A stretch of DNA of 63,658 bases, from contig NC_068989.1 of the NCBI RefSeq assembly GCF_001194135.2, positions 12,664,519 to 12,728,176 of the forward strand. The letters run 5' to 3'. The first letter of the stretch is position 1; every line of letters begins with the position of its first letter. Origin of the DNA: Octopus bimaculoides (taxonomy: Eukaryota). Positions 13,466-25,539 of the stretch are shown here, piece by piece. The notes beneath the pieces are model-generated. The model had not been told where the DNA came from and made no database searches. It was given only the letters and a program-made list of their open reading frames with translations. A program made the translations under genes and the position numbers.

Positions 13466-14134
13466 CAACGATGCCTGCAGGTTTATGTTTGTACCAATTT
13501 ATTGCTGTGTCAAGTCCATACTTGTTGCAAAATGTCCAATAGACAATCCTTGCTATATGACATTTCTCATATTCTTTCTGGAATAGTGGCGTACATTGAC
13601 TGTTAATATGCCATACGGTTTAACCATTTTATCCACAAATTCTACACTTATCACTTTCTGGGGTGTTATCTATTCTGTATTTGATGTAATTGGTTCTTAA
13701 TGCTTAAACTTGGGAAGCACAGATTAGAGCCTCCGTTTCCGGTTTTAAATCACTTTTGCACATCCATAGCCATCTTTTTCTCTGTCTATCCTATCTTCAG
13801 CATCCGTATGAAATTGTCTATCCATCCTTTTCTTTATTCGCCTATTTTCGCCTATGTCGTTGTACGGTGATTTATCATTGCAATCTTCCATCCTACACAA
13901 GCCTGACCTTCTTACTTCCAATTATAGCGATTCTGTAGCATTTTTCTCACACCAGCAATGTTGTTTTCTTCTGCTCGATCCTATCAGTCCCCTTCTCCCA
14001 CATTTTCTTGGTACATACAGTCTGGCTGTGTAACTTTTTGGGAGGAATATCCCATATCTAGTCAGCAACTTCCTTGTCTTTCTGTGTAAGATGTTTAGTT
14101 TTTCTACTGCCCATGCAATTAACCCCGCTCCCAC
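13466..14134 (-). mobile_element. RLE-type (R4/Dong-like) non-LTR retrotransposon, degenerate RT thumb plus CCHC knuckle region
   Basis: GAGLIAW..LHRKTRKLLTRYGIFLPKSYTARLYVPRKCGRRGLI, then KRWLWMCKSDLKPETEALICASQV*ALRTNYIKYRID, KCRICG*NG*TVWHINSQC (CCHC) and IARIVYWTFCNKYGLDTAINWYKHKPAGIVE; stops and a deletion. Confidence 0.85.
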
Positions 14135-14199
14135 TTGGGAAATTTATACGCGTGTGTGTATTAGTTTATTAAATTTGTGCACGCGTGTGTATTCTTTTA

Positions 14200-14581
14200 T
14201 TCTTTTATTCTTTTATTTGCCTCAGTCATTTGACTGTGGCCATGCTGGAGCACTGCATTTAGTCGAACAAATCAATCCAGGACTTATTTTTTGTAAGCCG
14301 AGAACTTAGACTATTGGTTTCTATTGCCGAACTGCTGAGATACAGGGACATGATCACACCAACATCGGTTGTCAAGCGATGGTGGAGGGACAAACACACA
14401 CACACACACACACATACATACAACGGGCTTCTTTCAGTTTCCGTCTGCCAAATCCACTCACAAGGCTTAGGTCGGCCGGAGACTTTTGTAGAAGACACTT
14501 GCCCAAGGTGCCACGTAGTGGGACCAAAACTGGAAACCATGTGGTTGGTAAGCATGCTACTTACCACACAGCCGCCCCTGG
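14200..14581 (-). mobile_element. tRNA-derived SINE family B, near full length, with internal (CA)n
   Basis: Reverse complement of the 17454-17822 copy (ggctgtgtggtaagtagc head, caccttgggcaagtgtcttct, gctccagcatggcc tail). Confidence 0.9.
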
Positions 14582-15699
14582 GCCTATATATATGTGAATA
14601 TATACACAGAATCAATCGTGTGTATGTATACAAGATGTCACAAAACATTATAGTCGGGACCGGTACTGAGAATATATAGTAAATAAATGTAGTGTATACA
14701 TATTACATACACATACATTCAAATATATATNNNNNNNNNNNNNNNNNNNNNNNNNNNNNNNNNNNNNNNNNNNNNNNNNNNNNNNNNNNNNNNNNNNNNN
14801 NNNNNNNNNNNNNNNNNNNNNNNNNNNNNNNNNNNNNNNNNNNNNNNNNNNNNNNNNNNNNNNNNNNNNNNNNNNNNNNNNNNNNNNNNNNNNNNNNNNN
14901 NNNNNNNNNNNNNNNNNNNNNNNNNNNNNNNNNNNNNNNNNNNNNNNNNNNNNNNNNNNNNNNNNNNNNNNNNNNNNNNNNNNNNNNNNNNNNNNNNNNN
15001 NNNNNNNNNNNNNNNNNNNNNNNNNNNNNNNNNNNNNNNNNNNNNNNNNNNNNNNNNNNNNNNNNNNNNNNNNNNNNNNNNNNNNNNNNNNNNNNNNNNN
15101 NNNNNNNNNNNNNNNNNNNNNNNNNNNNNNNNNNNNNNNNNNNNNNNNNNNNNNNNNNNNNNNNNNNNNNNNNNNNNNNNNNNNNNNNNNNNNNNNNNNN
15201 NNNNNNNNNNNNNNNNNNNNNNNNNNNNNNNNNNNNNNNNNNNNNNNNNNNNNNNATATATATATTTATATAACTATATATGTAGACATATATAAATTTC
15301 CATATCTATATGTGTATACTTAGATGTGTGAATAAATGTCTCAGTATAGTCGTGACGATTGTATAACAAGAATTCATCGGGTAAATGTTTTCCGATGACA
15401 GAAAAATGTAGTAGATTGCTTGGTCAATAAATCGATAATGGTAGAATGTCTCATCGATAAATACTTCATGTATTAACAGGTATTGATTGAAAAAATAAAC
15501 AACATAAAAGAAGACATTTTATGAAAGTGGTTGTCGTTTAGGATAAATGTTAAGAAGATTAAATGGAATTTTACTGACGATTCCGCTATGGTTCCTGTGT
15601 AACATGGCGAAGAGCATATAACTGTACATTCACACACACGAGAACACGTAAACGCTTAAGTAGAAACACATTCACGCAGATAAAGGGACAGGCACACAC

Positions 15700-15746
15700 T
15701 ACATCTATATCTAATGTCTGTCTTATACATATATATATATATATAT

Positions 15747-15832
<86 letters not shown>

Positions 15833-15857
15833 AAGACAGACATTAGATATAGATGTA
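15700..15857. repeat. Near-perfect 158-bp palindrome: 31-bp unique inverted arms around (TA)n
   Basis: tacatctatatctaatgtctgtcttatacat (15700-15730) is the exact reverse complement of 15827-15857. Confidence 0.9.
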
Positions 15858-16803
15858 TATATAAATATTCATCATATAAATGTTTATTAGATCTACATGA
15901 AAGATACGTATACGTACATATATGTTTGTATGTACGTGTGTACACAATTGTATATGATGCATTACATTTGAAATTATAATCCCTGAAGAATCCTTATGCA
16001 TTTAATTCATTGGATATATCACGCAGTTCATGGTTTCCAAAACTGTTAAAATGTTTCCCTGCAAAATGGAAGCATTGCAAAGAGATAAACCAATCCACAG
16101 TATTTAAGATTAAGGATCTGATTAGCAAACGGAAAACGTTTTATCTGAAAAGTAGATTCCGCTCTATTAATCTCCAAATGGATTTTTACTACTTATTATA
16201 CGTTTTAATGTTGTCCTCGATTCAAGTTCCTACGTATTATGCTTTACACATACAATATCAATGTTGATAGGGAAATGTTGGCTTCGTTTATGCTCTTTGA
16301 TAAATTTGGATCACTTCTGAATGCAAATATTTATGTAAGGAGCGAATGTGAGTAACCTTTGCATGGTATATCTATCTACATCATAGAAGTAACACCCGTG
16401 TTTATCATAAATCATATACTGTGGGCCATGGAAAAAATGGTCTTATTCGATATGCTACCTGGCATGAATGCTTAGAAGAGAATGAATGCTATTTGCTCTA
16501 CGAAAACTTGCATGGAGCAGAATAATAATTATGTGTAATCGCAAATGATTATCAAAGATATTACTAAACTGTTGACCAATTATTTTGCAGTTTTTAATAC
16601 AGAGAATCTCAGTTCGTTTGCCAAATAATCCTATGATCTACTTCCAGTGTTTATCACCAAGGAGTTAGTTAAATTGTATCTACTCGATCATTAATAAAAA
16701 AAATGCCTTTTATTTCAGAATCTAATCGAGTAGTTTTTTGTGATTATGTATCATAGCTGGAGTTATTAATTATCATAACACTTATGCTTATTATTGCGCT
16801 TAA

Positions 16804-17010
16804 TGCAGTGAACTGGCAAAATCATTAGCACGTCGTGTTTAGCCGTATTTCGTCTGCTGTTACGTTTTGATTTGAAATTCCTCCGAGGTCGACTTATCTT
16901 TTCTTCCTTTAGAGATCAATAAAATAAGTGCCAGCTAAACTCTAGAGTCAATGAAATCGACTATCCCATTTCTCCGATTTTGCTGACCTTTGGTCAAAAT
17001 TTGAAACTAG
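16804..17010 (+). mobile_element. SINE family A, degenerate copy
   Basis: gaactggcaaaatcattagcacg head, gaggtcgact core, caaaatttgaaac end. Confidence 0.8.
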
Positions 17011-17047
17011 GAATATATAAACCAGATCATTTTTATACACTTGCGTA

Positions 17048-17136
17048 TTTCTCTTCTTATAAGATTGAAAGTAATCCGTGTAATTTTAATGTTTCTCTTC
17101 TCATAAGATTCAAAGTAATCCGAAAGTAATTTTAAT
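17048..17136. repeat. Two-unit tandem duplication of about 44 bp
   Basis: tttctcttct.ataagatt.aaagtaatccg..gtaattttaat repeated. Confidence 0.85.
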
Positions 17137-17453
17137 ATATAAGATCATAAACAATCGGACAAATGTGTAAATATCTTTTGTTAAAGGTGCTTCTACTTAA
17201 AAGTGAAGAACCGATAGCTTTTATGGCGTGTGTACTGGTTGGAAGGATACCAAATTTCTCGACAGTAAACAAAAAATGACAAAACAAAAGACATTAATTG
17301 TTTGATACAAGTATGCTTCTACTATAGCGTCCGACGCTAAGTATTATATGAACGAGCTAAGAAACATATATCTACTCCATCAAAAATTTCAATGAGCTAG
17401 TAGCCGATCTTTCCACTTTGACAACAGAGGCCAGTTTTACGGTAACGTTAATA

Positions 17454-17822
17454 GGCGCAGGAGTGGCTGTGCGGTAAGTAGCTTACCTACCAACCACACG
17501 GTTTCGAGTTCAGTCTCACTGTGTGGCACCTTGGGCAAGTATCTTCTGCTATAATCTCGGGCCAACCAAAGCCTTGTGAGTGGATTTAGCAGACGGAAAC
17601 TAAAAGAAACCCGTGGTTTATGTGTCTGTGTGCGTCACCTCACCATCACTTCACAACCGATGCTAGTGTGTTTACGTCCCCGTAACTTAACGGTCCAGCA
17701 ACAAAGATAGATAGAATAAGTGCTAGGCTTATAAAGAATAAGTCCCGGGAGCAAATTGTTCGACCAAAGTAGGTGTTCCAGCATGGCCGCAGTCGAATGA
17801 CTTAAACAAATAAAAGAGTAAA
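17454..17822 (+). mobile_element. tRNA-derived SINE family B, full length
   Basis: ggcgcaggagtggctgtgcggtaag A-box, cgagttcagtc B-box, caccttgggcaagt CORE-like motif, internal (TG) patch, A-rich tail. Confidence 0.9.
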
Positions 17823-18075
17823 TAGTATATATCTTCCAGTTACAAAAACTTGACTTTTGCAAAATTACGTTAGAGCGAATCAGCAAAAAAAAAAAGATGT
17901 CGGACATGAAATACCATTATCTCTCCTCGTAGATATTAGTATTGTTTGTACTCCATGTAGACTTCTTCTATAGGTATACAAATATCTATATACTTATACA
18001 CGAGTCTACGTCTGAATATTTTCAGATTTTCTTTCTGTCTATATATATATCCCTATATATTCGTACATGCGTATA

Positions 18076-18190
18076 TGTATGTAGTACGTACGTATGTATG
18101 TATGTATGTATGTATGTATGTATGTATGTATGTATGTATGTATGTATGTATGCATGTATGTATTTATGCATGTATTTATGTATGTATGTA
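18076..18190. repeat. (TATG)n tetranucleotide repeat
   Basis: Directly visible; source of the MYVC ORFs. Confidence 0.95.
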
Positions 18191-18399
18191 TCTCTCTTTT
18201 CNNNNNNNNNNNNNNNNNNNNNNNNNNNNNNNNNNNNNNNNNNNNNNNNNNNNNNNNNNNNNNNNNNNNNNNNNNNNNNNNNNNNNNNNNNNNNNNNNNN
18301 NNNNNNNNNNNNNNNNNNNNNNNNNNNNNNNNNNNNNNNNNNNNNNNNNNNNNNNNNNNNNNNNNNNNNNNNNNNNNNNNNNNNNNNNNNNNNNNNNNN

Positions 18400-18468
<69 letters not shown>

Positions 18469-18759
18469 GTCTTTTACTTAGAATCAAGTATATCATGTTT
18501 CTAAAACACCTGACTACAACTAAAACACCAATCAACATTTCACTTTCATCTTTCGTTTCGTAACTCATTTGTATTTTTAATTTACTTTCGTAGTTTATAA
18601 CCTAAGTTTATTTTACGTCAAATTTTGACCCAGTGAATGAGTCCTACATGTTTGCTACACTTAAGAATTCACAGCAAACCATCTTCAAAAGATGACAACA
18701 GAAAGTGCAGTTATTACAACTGGAATGTCTTTTAACATAGATTAGCTCAAATAATTTCG

Positions 18760-19083
18760 ATTCCCAGACCGGGCGTTGTGAGTGTGTATTGAGCGAAAAC
18801 ACCTAAAGCTCCACGAGGCTCCGGCAGCGGATGGTGGCGAACCCTGCTGTACTCTTTCACCACAACTTTCTCTTACTCTTACTTCCTGTTTCTGTTGTGC
18901 CTGTAATTCAAAGGGTCAGCCTTGTCACACTGTGTCACACTGAATATCCCCGAGAACTACGTTAAATGTACACGTGTCTGTGGAGTGCTCAGCCACTTGC
19001 ACGTTAATTTCACGAGCAGGTTGTTCCGTTGATCGGATCGACTGGAACCCTCGACGTCGTAAGCGACGGAGTGCCAACAACAA
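18760..19083 (+). mobile_element. 5'-truncated SINE (family C-like head, distinct tail ending gacggagtgccaacaacaa)
   Basis: tcccagaccgggcgttgtgagtgtgtattgagcgaaaacacc resembles the post-B-box region of 52755; GC-rich body and (AAC) tail. Confidence 0.65.
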
Positions 19084-20238
19084 GAGCTCAAATATATGGC
19101 GGCCATGGTACTAAATAACAATATCAAGAATAACATCAACAACAGCCAGCTTCTTACAGCTTTCTTAGAGTTGTATCGCCCATACTTTTCGCTCTGTCTC
19201 TGTTTGTTTCTCTCAAACGCGCGTTGTTGTATATATTACTATCTATAAATAATCTATTTCGTTTTTGTCCAATCTATTACCGTCTATTCTCTTCACTTGT
19301 TGTACACCCCCTTTTCCAAACCTGCAAATTCTGTTTTGGCCTCATTTCCATTAATTCTTCTGAGAATTAATGGTCAGGAATTTTGTACAGAAAATAACTA
19401 ACCAAATATAACACGTATTGGCGAGATACTTACTGGACACACTCGGACTCCCCCCACTGTTTCAATCTCGTTGTTTGTGGACATTCTGGCACGTTCCAAA
19501 TGTAGCAACCCTTTCTTCCTCTTAGATAATTGCTTCATCATTCTCGCTCTCAATTTCTCTCTCCTTCTCTCTCCCTCTATTTCTCTCTCCCTCTATTTCT
19601 CTCTCTCTTTCTCTCATTCAAAAACATGCATACACACATTTTTACTGACAGTTTCACTTCCTTCATTTATAAACAATGAATGTTCAAAGACCTTTCAACC
19701 TCTTATTTCATTCTTACTCATTCCTTTCTTTTCTTTTCATTTTCAATTTCTAATTCTTTCTCCTGGTTACTTCTTCGTGTCTATTTTGTCTATTCCTCTC
19801 CCCCTCATTCTTCGTCTCAGTAACTCTCACTCTCTGTACACCCCTCTCTCTATCTATCTATGTATCTACCTATCACCCTGAAAGTTCATCTTATGGTAGA
19901 TTTGCAAGCCAGCCATGAGGGAACCGATTTAATATATGATTGTCTTGGCCGGAGTTAAGACAGCCCGTTTGGAACCGAGGCTGCACTCGATTGGAAAGAG
20001 GCAACAGAGGGCTAAGAGGGTTATGAGTAATGGGAAGCAATCTTTCTAATGATGAATAACAGTACGTAACACCGCGATTTTTTTGGGGGGTTTTTTGGTG
20101 TTATTTTTGGCAGAGCGACAAACAAACTACACACCGATTGGTTAAACAGTATCACACGAGAATTGATTCACTTGGGGCGAATTCTCTGTGCTACTTTTCA
20201 TATATCATTTAATATCTTAGAAATTTAAAATAACCCAT

Positions 20239-20709
20239 ATTAATACATTATTTACATTCGACGATATTAGTCCTCATCGTGTTTGTTGTTAACACAACGT
20301 TTTAGCTGATATACCCTCCAGCCTTCTTCGGGTGTCTTGGGGAAATTTCGAACCTGGGGAAATTTCGAACCTGGGGAAATTTCGAACCATAAGCCCACGG
20401 GCATATGGCGTAGTGGTTAAGAGGGCGGGATATTAATCCCAAGATTCCGAGTTCGATTCCAAGCAGTGACCTGAACAACAACAACAACAACACCAACAAC
20501 AATAATAATAATAATAATAATACCACCGAAGAATACCTTAGGAATGAGAACCCAGGTTCGAAATTTATCCAAGACAACTGAAGAAGGCTGGAAGGTATAT
20601 CAGCTGAAACGTTGTGTTAACAACAAACAAAATGAGGACAAATATCTGTCGAATGTAAATAATGTAAATAATGTACATAATTCCACATCTCTCAAATATA
20701 GAACTGTAT
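20239..20709 (+). mobile_element. tRNA-headed hammerhead-bearing element (copy 1), preceded by an inverted copy of its own 3' part
   Basis: Inverted arm 20239-20357; 17-bp unit x3 (20339-20388); tRNA-like head 20399-20473 (tggcgtagtggt A-box, gagttcgattcc B-box); (AAC/AAT)n; hammerhead 20573-20618; tail ending atagaactgtat. Second copy at 60544-60879. Confidence 0.85.
20573..20618 (+). ncRNA. Minimal type I hammerhead ribozyme motif, canonical core
   Basis: GACAA stem I (GACAC in the inverted arm) / CTGAAGA / A / GGCTG-loop-CAGCT / GAAAC / GTT / GTGTT; AACGTT palindrome. Confidence 0.75.
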
Positions 20710-21518
20710 TATCCCATATAAATTTTTAGTATTTAATGATTCCTATTTTGCTTTTTCAGATTAATCAAAAAGAAAAAAAAAAGCTTAGAATTCCTAAGCT
20801 TTGGTCAGGACTTCTGTGACTGATCGTAGTGGTGGAAAGGAAATTACCGCGAGACCGTCCGAATGACTGCAAATGTAGCGTTCCTCAAAAAGAAGACAAA
20901 GTTCAGATTCCGTTATTAATATAGGAGAAAATTTGTGTATATCACTTGACGTATACAAATGATCATTCAAAATTAAGATGTCTTACATCTAGACCCCTTG
21001 TGAATTGAAATAATTACTAATGAATTTAATAGCTTTGATATTTCCATATGAGTTTCTGGGTTCATTACATTTGCTATTTGAGCGTAAAAGAGTCTAGATT
21101 CATTACGTAGTAAATTATTATGGAGAATATATTATCTGAAAAGCATAGTGTGTTTGTTCAGTGAGTATGTATATTATATAAAATATATACTTAGAATTCA
21201 TATTTGGCTGACAAGATTTTGTACGCCTTGCATTATAGTTTTGCGTACGATCATTGCGATTGTTTAACCGTGTGCATTTCTTCGTTACCGTTTTAAGCAT
21301 ATACACTTACAATGATTTAGGGCAATATTAGTAATGTATAAAGTGGATACGTAACCAGCATGATGCGGCGGGGGTAAACCAGCATATGCTCTCGGCCTCG
21401 CTGCTGGTATTGGGGAGAACGTGGGTCGCCTCTTTGAGCTGGGAAATGAATACATGGTGTGTGTGTCTTGTGGCTACCCGCTCCTAAATAAATGGGGAAT
21501 AGGCCTGAGTGCATAACA

Positions 21519-21519
<1 letters not shown>

Positions 21520-21600
<81 letters not shown>
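21520..21600. repeat. (AAT)n tract immediately upstream of a SINE A head
   Basis: Directly visible. Confidence 0.95.
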
Positions 21601-21602
<2 letters not shown>

Positions 21603-21812
21603 GTGGCGTGTCGGTAGAATCGTTAGCACGTTGGATTAAACGCTTAGGAGCATTTCATCAGTCATGACGGTCTGAAGTCAAATTCCGCCAATTCTGATTT
21701 AACCTTTCGTCATTTCGGAGGCGACAAATAAGCATGAGCTGATCACCAGAATCGATGTAATCGATTTAATCCTTCCCCTGTAATTGCTGGATTTGATCTA
21801 AACTTTGAAGCA
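21601..21812 (+). mobile_element. SINE family A, degenerate copy
   Basis: gtagaatcgttagcacg head, tcaaattccgcc, cgatgtaatcgatttaa, aaactttgaagc end. Confidence 0.75.
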
Positions 21813-23742
21813 TATGTTTCTAATGCATGTTCTGCACCATTGGCGACATTCACTAATATATATATATATATATANNNNNNNNNNNNNNNNNNNNNNNNNN
21901 NNNNNNNNNNNNNNNNNNNNNNNNNNNNNNNNNNNNNNNNNNNNNNNNNNNNNNNNNNNNNNNNNNNNNNNNNNNNNNNNNNNNNNNNNNNNNNNNNNNN
22001 NNNNNNNNNNNNNNNNNNNNNNNNNNNNNNNNNNNNNNNNNNNNNNNNNNNNNNNNNNNNNNNNNNNNNNNNNNNNNNNNNNNNNNNNNNNNNNNNNNNN
22101 NNNNNNNNNNNNNNNNNNNNNNNNNNNNNNNNNNNNNNNNNNNNNNNNNNNNNNNNNNNNNNNNNNNNNNNNNNNNNNNNNNNNNNNNNNNNNNNNNNNN
22201 NNNNNNNNNNNNNNNNNNNNNNNNNNNNNNTATATATATATATATATATATATATGTAGTTCAAATTCATACAAACAACAAGATAGAGACAGGTGGGGTG
22301 GCAACAAACAAGGTACTCAGGAAATGGAAGAAATCTTTCAGGTTTCTTTCCCTACGTCTTTCTCCAGAAAAGAATGAGGAGAGAATACGGATGGAGAGAT
22401 GTAAAAAAAATGTAGAGAAAAAGGAAAAATACCCGTCTGGAGTAACTGTTGCACATGTTGAATTGACCGGAAAGAAAGAAGAAGGTGGGTGGCAAGAGAG
22501 AGAGACATCAGTAACTTGGATCACGTGGGTGTTCGCACGAATATGTTTGTGTGTGAGGTTAATATGTGCGCGAATGTATTTGTGTACGGGCGATCTCGTG
22601 TATATACATGTGGACACGCATGTGAGTATGAAGGTTATGTGAGCGTTCATGTGCGCGTATATGCGTGTGTATATGTGTGCGTGTGTGTCTGAACGATTAA
22701 ATGTGTGTAAGTGGATCGATGTGGGCGTAATAATCTCCGTGCATTTATGTTCGTATATTTTGGACGTTTGTATATTCCTGTGAGTCTATGATGCTGCATA
22801 ACCTATGTGTGTGTGCGAGGCTATTAGAGGTCTGTGTGTGTACATGTGTGAACCTGCGCGTGTGTAGAAGCTAATGTGTGCGTGTATACTGTGTGTGAGT
22901 AACGTGTGTTTTTGTCACGCCTTTCGATGTGTGTGTATGAGGCAGCGGTAGAGTTGCGTGCTTGTGGGACTTTGTTCATAAAGTGAGTGAGTGTGTGTGT
23001 GTGTGTGTGTATGGACATTAAGTGTGATTATGCAGGAATATAGTGTGTGTTTATGCATGCAAGTGCGCGCGCACGTGTGTGTGTGTGAATATATATGAGA
23101 CCCAAATGTGTATGTATATTTTGCATTTGTGCGCTCGTATATGTTTGTAAGTGCCTTTGTGTATATGTGTGTGTGTGTGAGGCTATCAGATGTATCTGCG
23201 CTGTAGGGGATGTATGTGGGTTGACCCGGATGTGCCAGGTGGAATAAGGGTGACAAAGGAGGTATTTGTTGGTAGTTGCGGATGCGTAACAATATACTTG
23301 CTACTGTACGTGTAGGGAGAAAACATGGGGAAATAGGTGCTGGTGTCTGTGAAATGAGGGTGGGTGTGTCTCTGTGTGCGTGTGTGTAGGTGTATGTATA
23401 TATGCTGTAAGGGGTATTATGGTATGTGTGTGTGGTGACGGTAATAACTCAAACTATGTAGAGTTAGTGTGTGTGTAGGGGGGGGGGCAGGAAGCGAGGA
23501 AGTAAGTGGTTGTGGTGTATGTAAATGTTTGTAAAGGTGGGTTTATATGAAAAAAGGTGAAGAACTGAGACCACGAGGGACTGGGCTTCGAAGAGAGGAG
23601 TAGATTAGGGTATATATGCATACNNNNNNNNNNNNNNNNNNNNNNNNNNNNNNNNNNNNNNNNNNNNNNNNNNNNNNNNNNNNNNNNNNNNNNNNNNNNN
23701 NNNNNNNNNNNNNNNNNNNNNNNNNNNNNNNNNNNNNNNNNN

Positions 23743-23783
<41 letters not shown>

Positions 23784-24289
23784 CATACATACAGAGAGGG
23801 AGAGAGAATGAGAGAGGTGGTGGGAGAGAGAGAGAGAGTCTGTGTTTCCTGATGTAATGAAAGTATTTATTGACTATAGACTTACATTTAAGTAGCCTAT
23901 TTGTTGGTCGACTGCCTAAGACGTATATCAAATTAAAAATGTTTCGAGTTTATTTGAACTTCAAGTTATAATCTCATCAGCATACCTCATGTAAGGTCAG
24001 TGTTTTGTATTATGGTATAACACCATTATAAACATTAGCCATTCAGAATTTCGCATACAACTACCATGAATGTTTATACAAAAATCATACTTATACAATA
24101 ATGCTGTATTTCAATTAATTGCACGAATTCAATACACATTCAAATAATGAATTGTTAAGTTACTATTCTCAGATTAGATCTACAGGGGTGGGATCTTTCG
24201 TCTATCACATGTTCCCGCGATATGATATTAGTCTGTCGGCTATAATCTGAAATAGTATGTTCTGTAGCCCGTCCATCAATTCACTTTAA

Positions 24290-24500
24290 TCTATGAAACT
24301 CTAGAATCCCCAGCGAATAACCTGATGCAACATATGACTTCGGAGGAATTTAATTTATAAGTCTCTGCTGTACGAGTTATAATTAAGATGTTATAATTTT
24401 GACAACCCTCTAAACGTTTTAATAAGAGTCTTTGCCAAACTGGTAATTTTAGATTGTAAATGTAATGTGTACACAAAACCACCTTCAATATTTTAACTTG
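24290..24500 (-). mobile_element. Possible CR1/L2-type RT relic
   Basis: YKLNSSEVICCIRLFAGDSRV resembles YINDLxxxIxxxIRLFADD; highly degraded. Confidence 0.3.
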
Positions 24501-25539
24501 AAATTATAAAATATTCTTAATATTTCTGAGTTAGTTCTTCAATGTTGTTTGAATATGCATTCATTAATTGTTTTGATTTTTTTCGTTTTTCAACGATTTA
24601 ATTATTTTCCCTTATAATTTCTAATATTCTAAAGTGTTTCATCTTCAACGATTTTAAAAATATTTTTCCCGATTATCGCATCTCTTGTATCTAATTCTCT
24701 CTTGTAGCTACCGTTTCTTTTCTCCTCCTTACTTTGTATTATTATTTAATTTGCAATTCTCAATCAGTTCAATTTCAAGATTTCAATTTCCAAATTATAA
24801 TTTTTATTTTTAATCTCTAACATTATATTGATAGACTCCTCTCAGAGAACTATTAACCACTTGTGACATGATCTTTATATTCCGGAGCACCTAGGGTGAT
24901 TTAGCCACTAAACACAGTACGTCTGCACTAAATATTTTATGCACATAATTTTAATCCCATACTCATTTTATTCCTCTCCATTTCCTTATTTCTCATCTAT
25001 ATCGCCTTCAATTTAGTTATGATTATTTCATTTCTCTGAACCTAACTTTATATAGGTCTATACATAATATACCTCAGGAGCCTTATCGGATCGTCACATG
25101 AGGTTCTAATTGTTTTATTTACTCTGGAATTGCAGCTATTTTTTGGCTTTCTCCTTTTACGCCTCGTTTTAACCATTTCAACGTTATTCTGCGCTATAAG
25201 ACGGAAACATCTTCTTTGTATCTCTTAGTATATTATATCTCACGAAACTTTATTGTCCATAGCTCGATAGTATCGTTATACGAACTCTATTCCTCATACT
25301 TCAAATACATTTCGGAACATGATCCGAAAATGGCATTAGCTTCTTCCTTTATCGACTGGATTATCTTTTCAATTAGTTTCAATAATAATTTAACATTTCG
25401 TTATGTATCGCACATTTTTGCCCGCCATGATCATTCTCCAACTATTCTGGGATTTACGTAATTCTGGGATTTACGTAATTGGAAATGATTAAAATCGGAT
25501 ACATGAGTTAACGTTTTACTAAATATTTTATTACTATGA

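Noticed and set aside
16000-16110. Minus-strand GNILTVL as GPCR TM1; likewise STASFF at 41547 and KLMRFTVYLLTS at 56222
   Set aside because: Single short motifs without ordered neighbouring motifs; within chance expectation.
20399-20473. Functional tRNA genes (also 52755, 60630, 17454)
   Set aside because: No complete acceptor stem; the heads continue into shared repeat bodies, i.e. SINEs.
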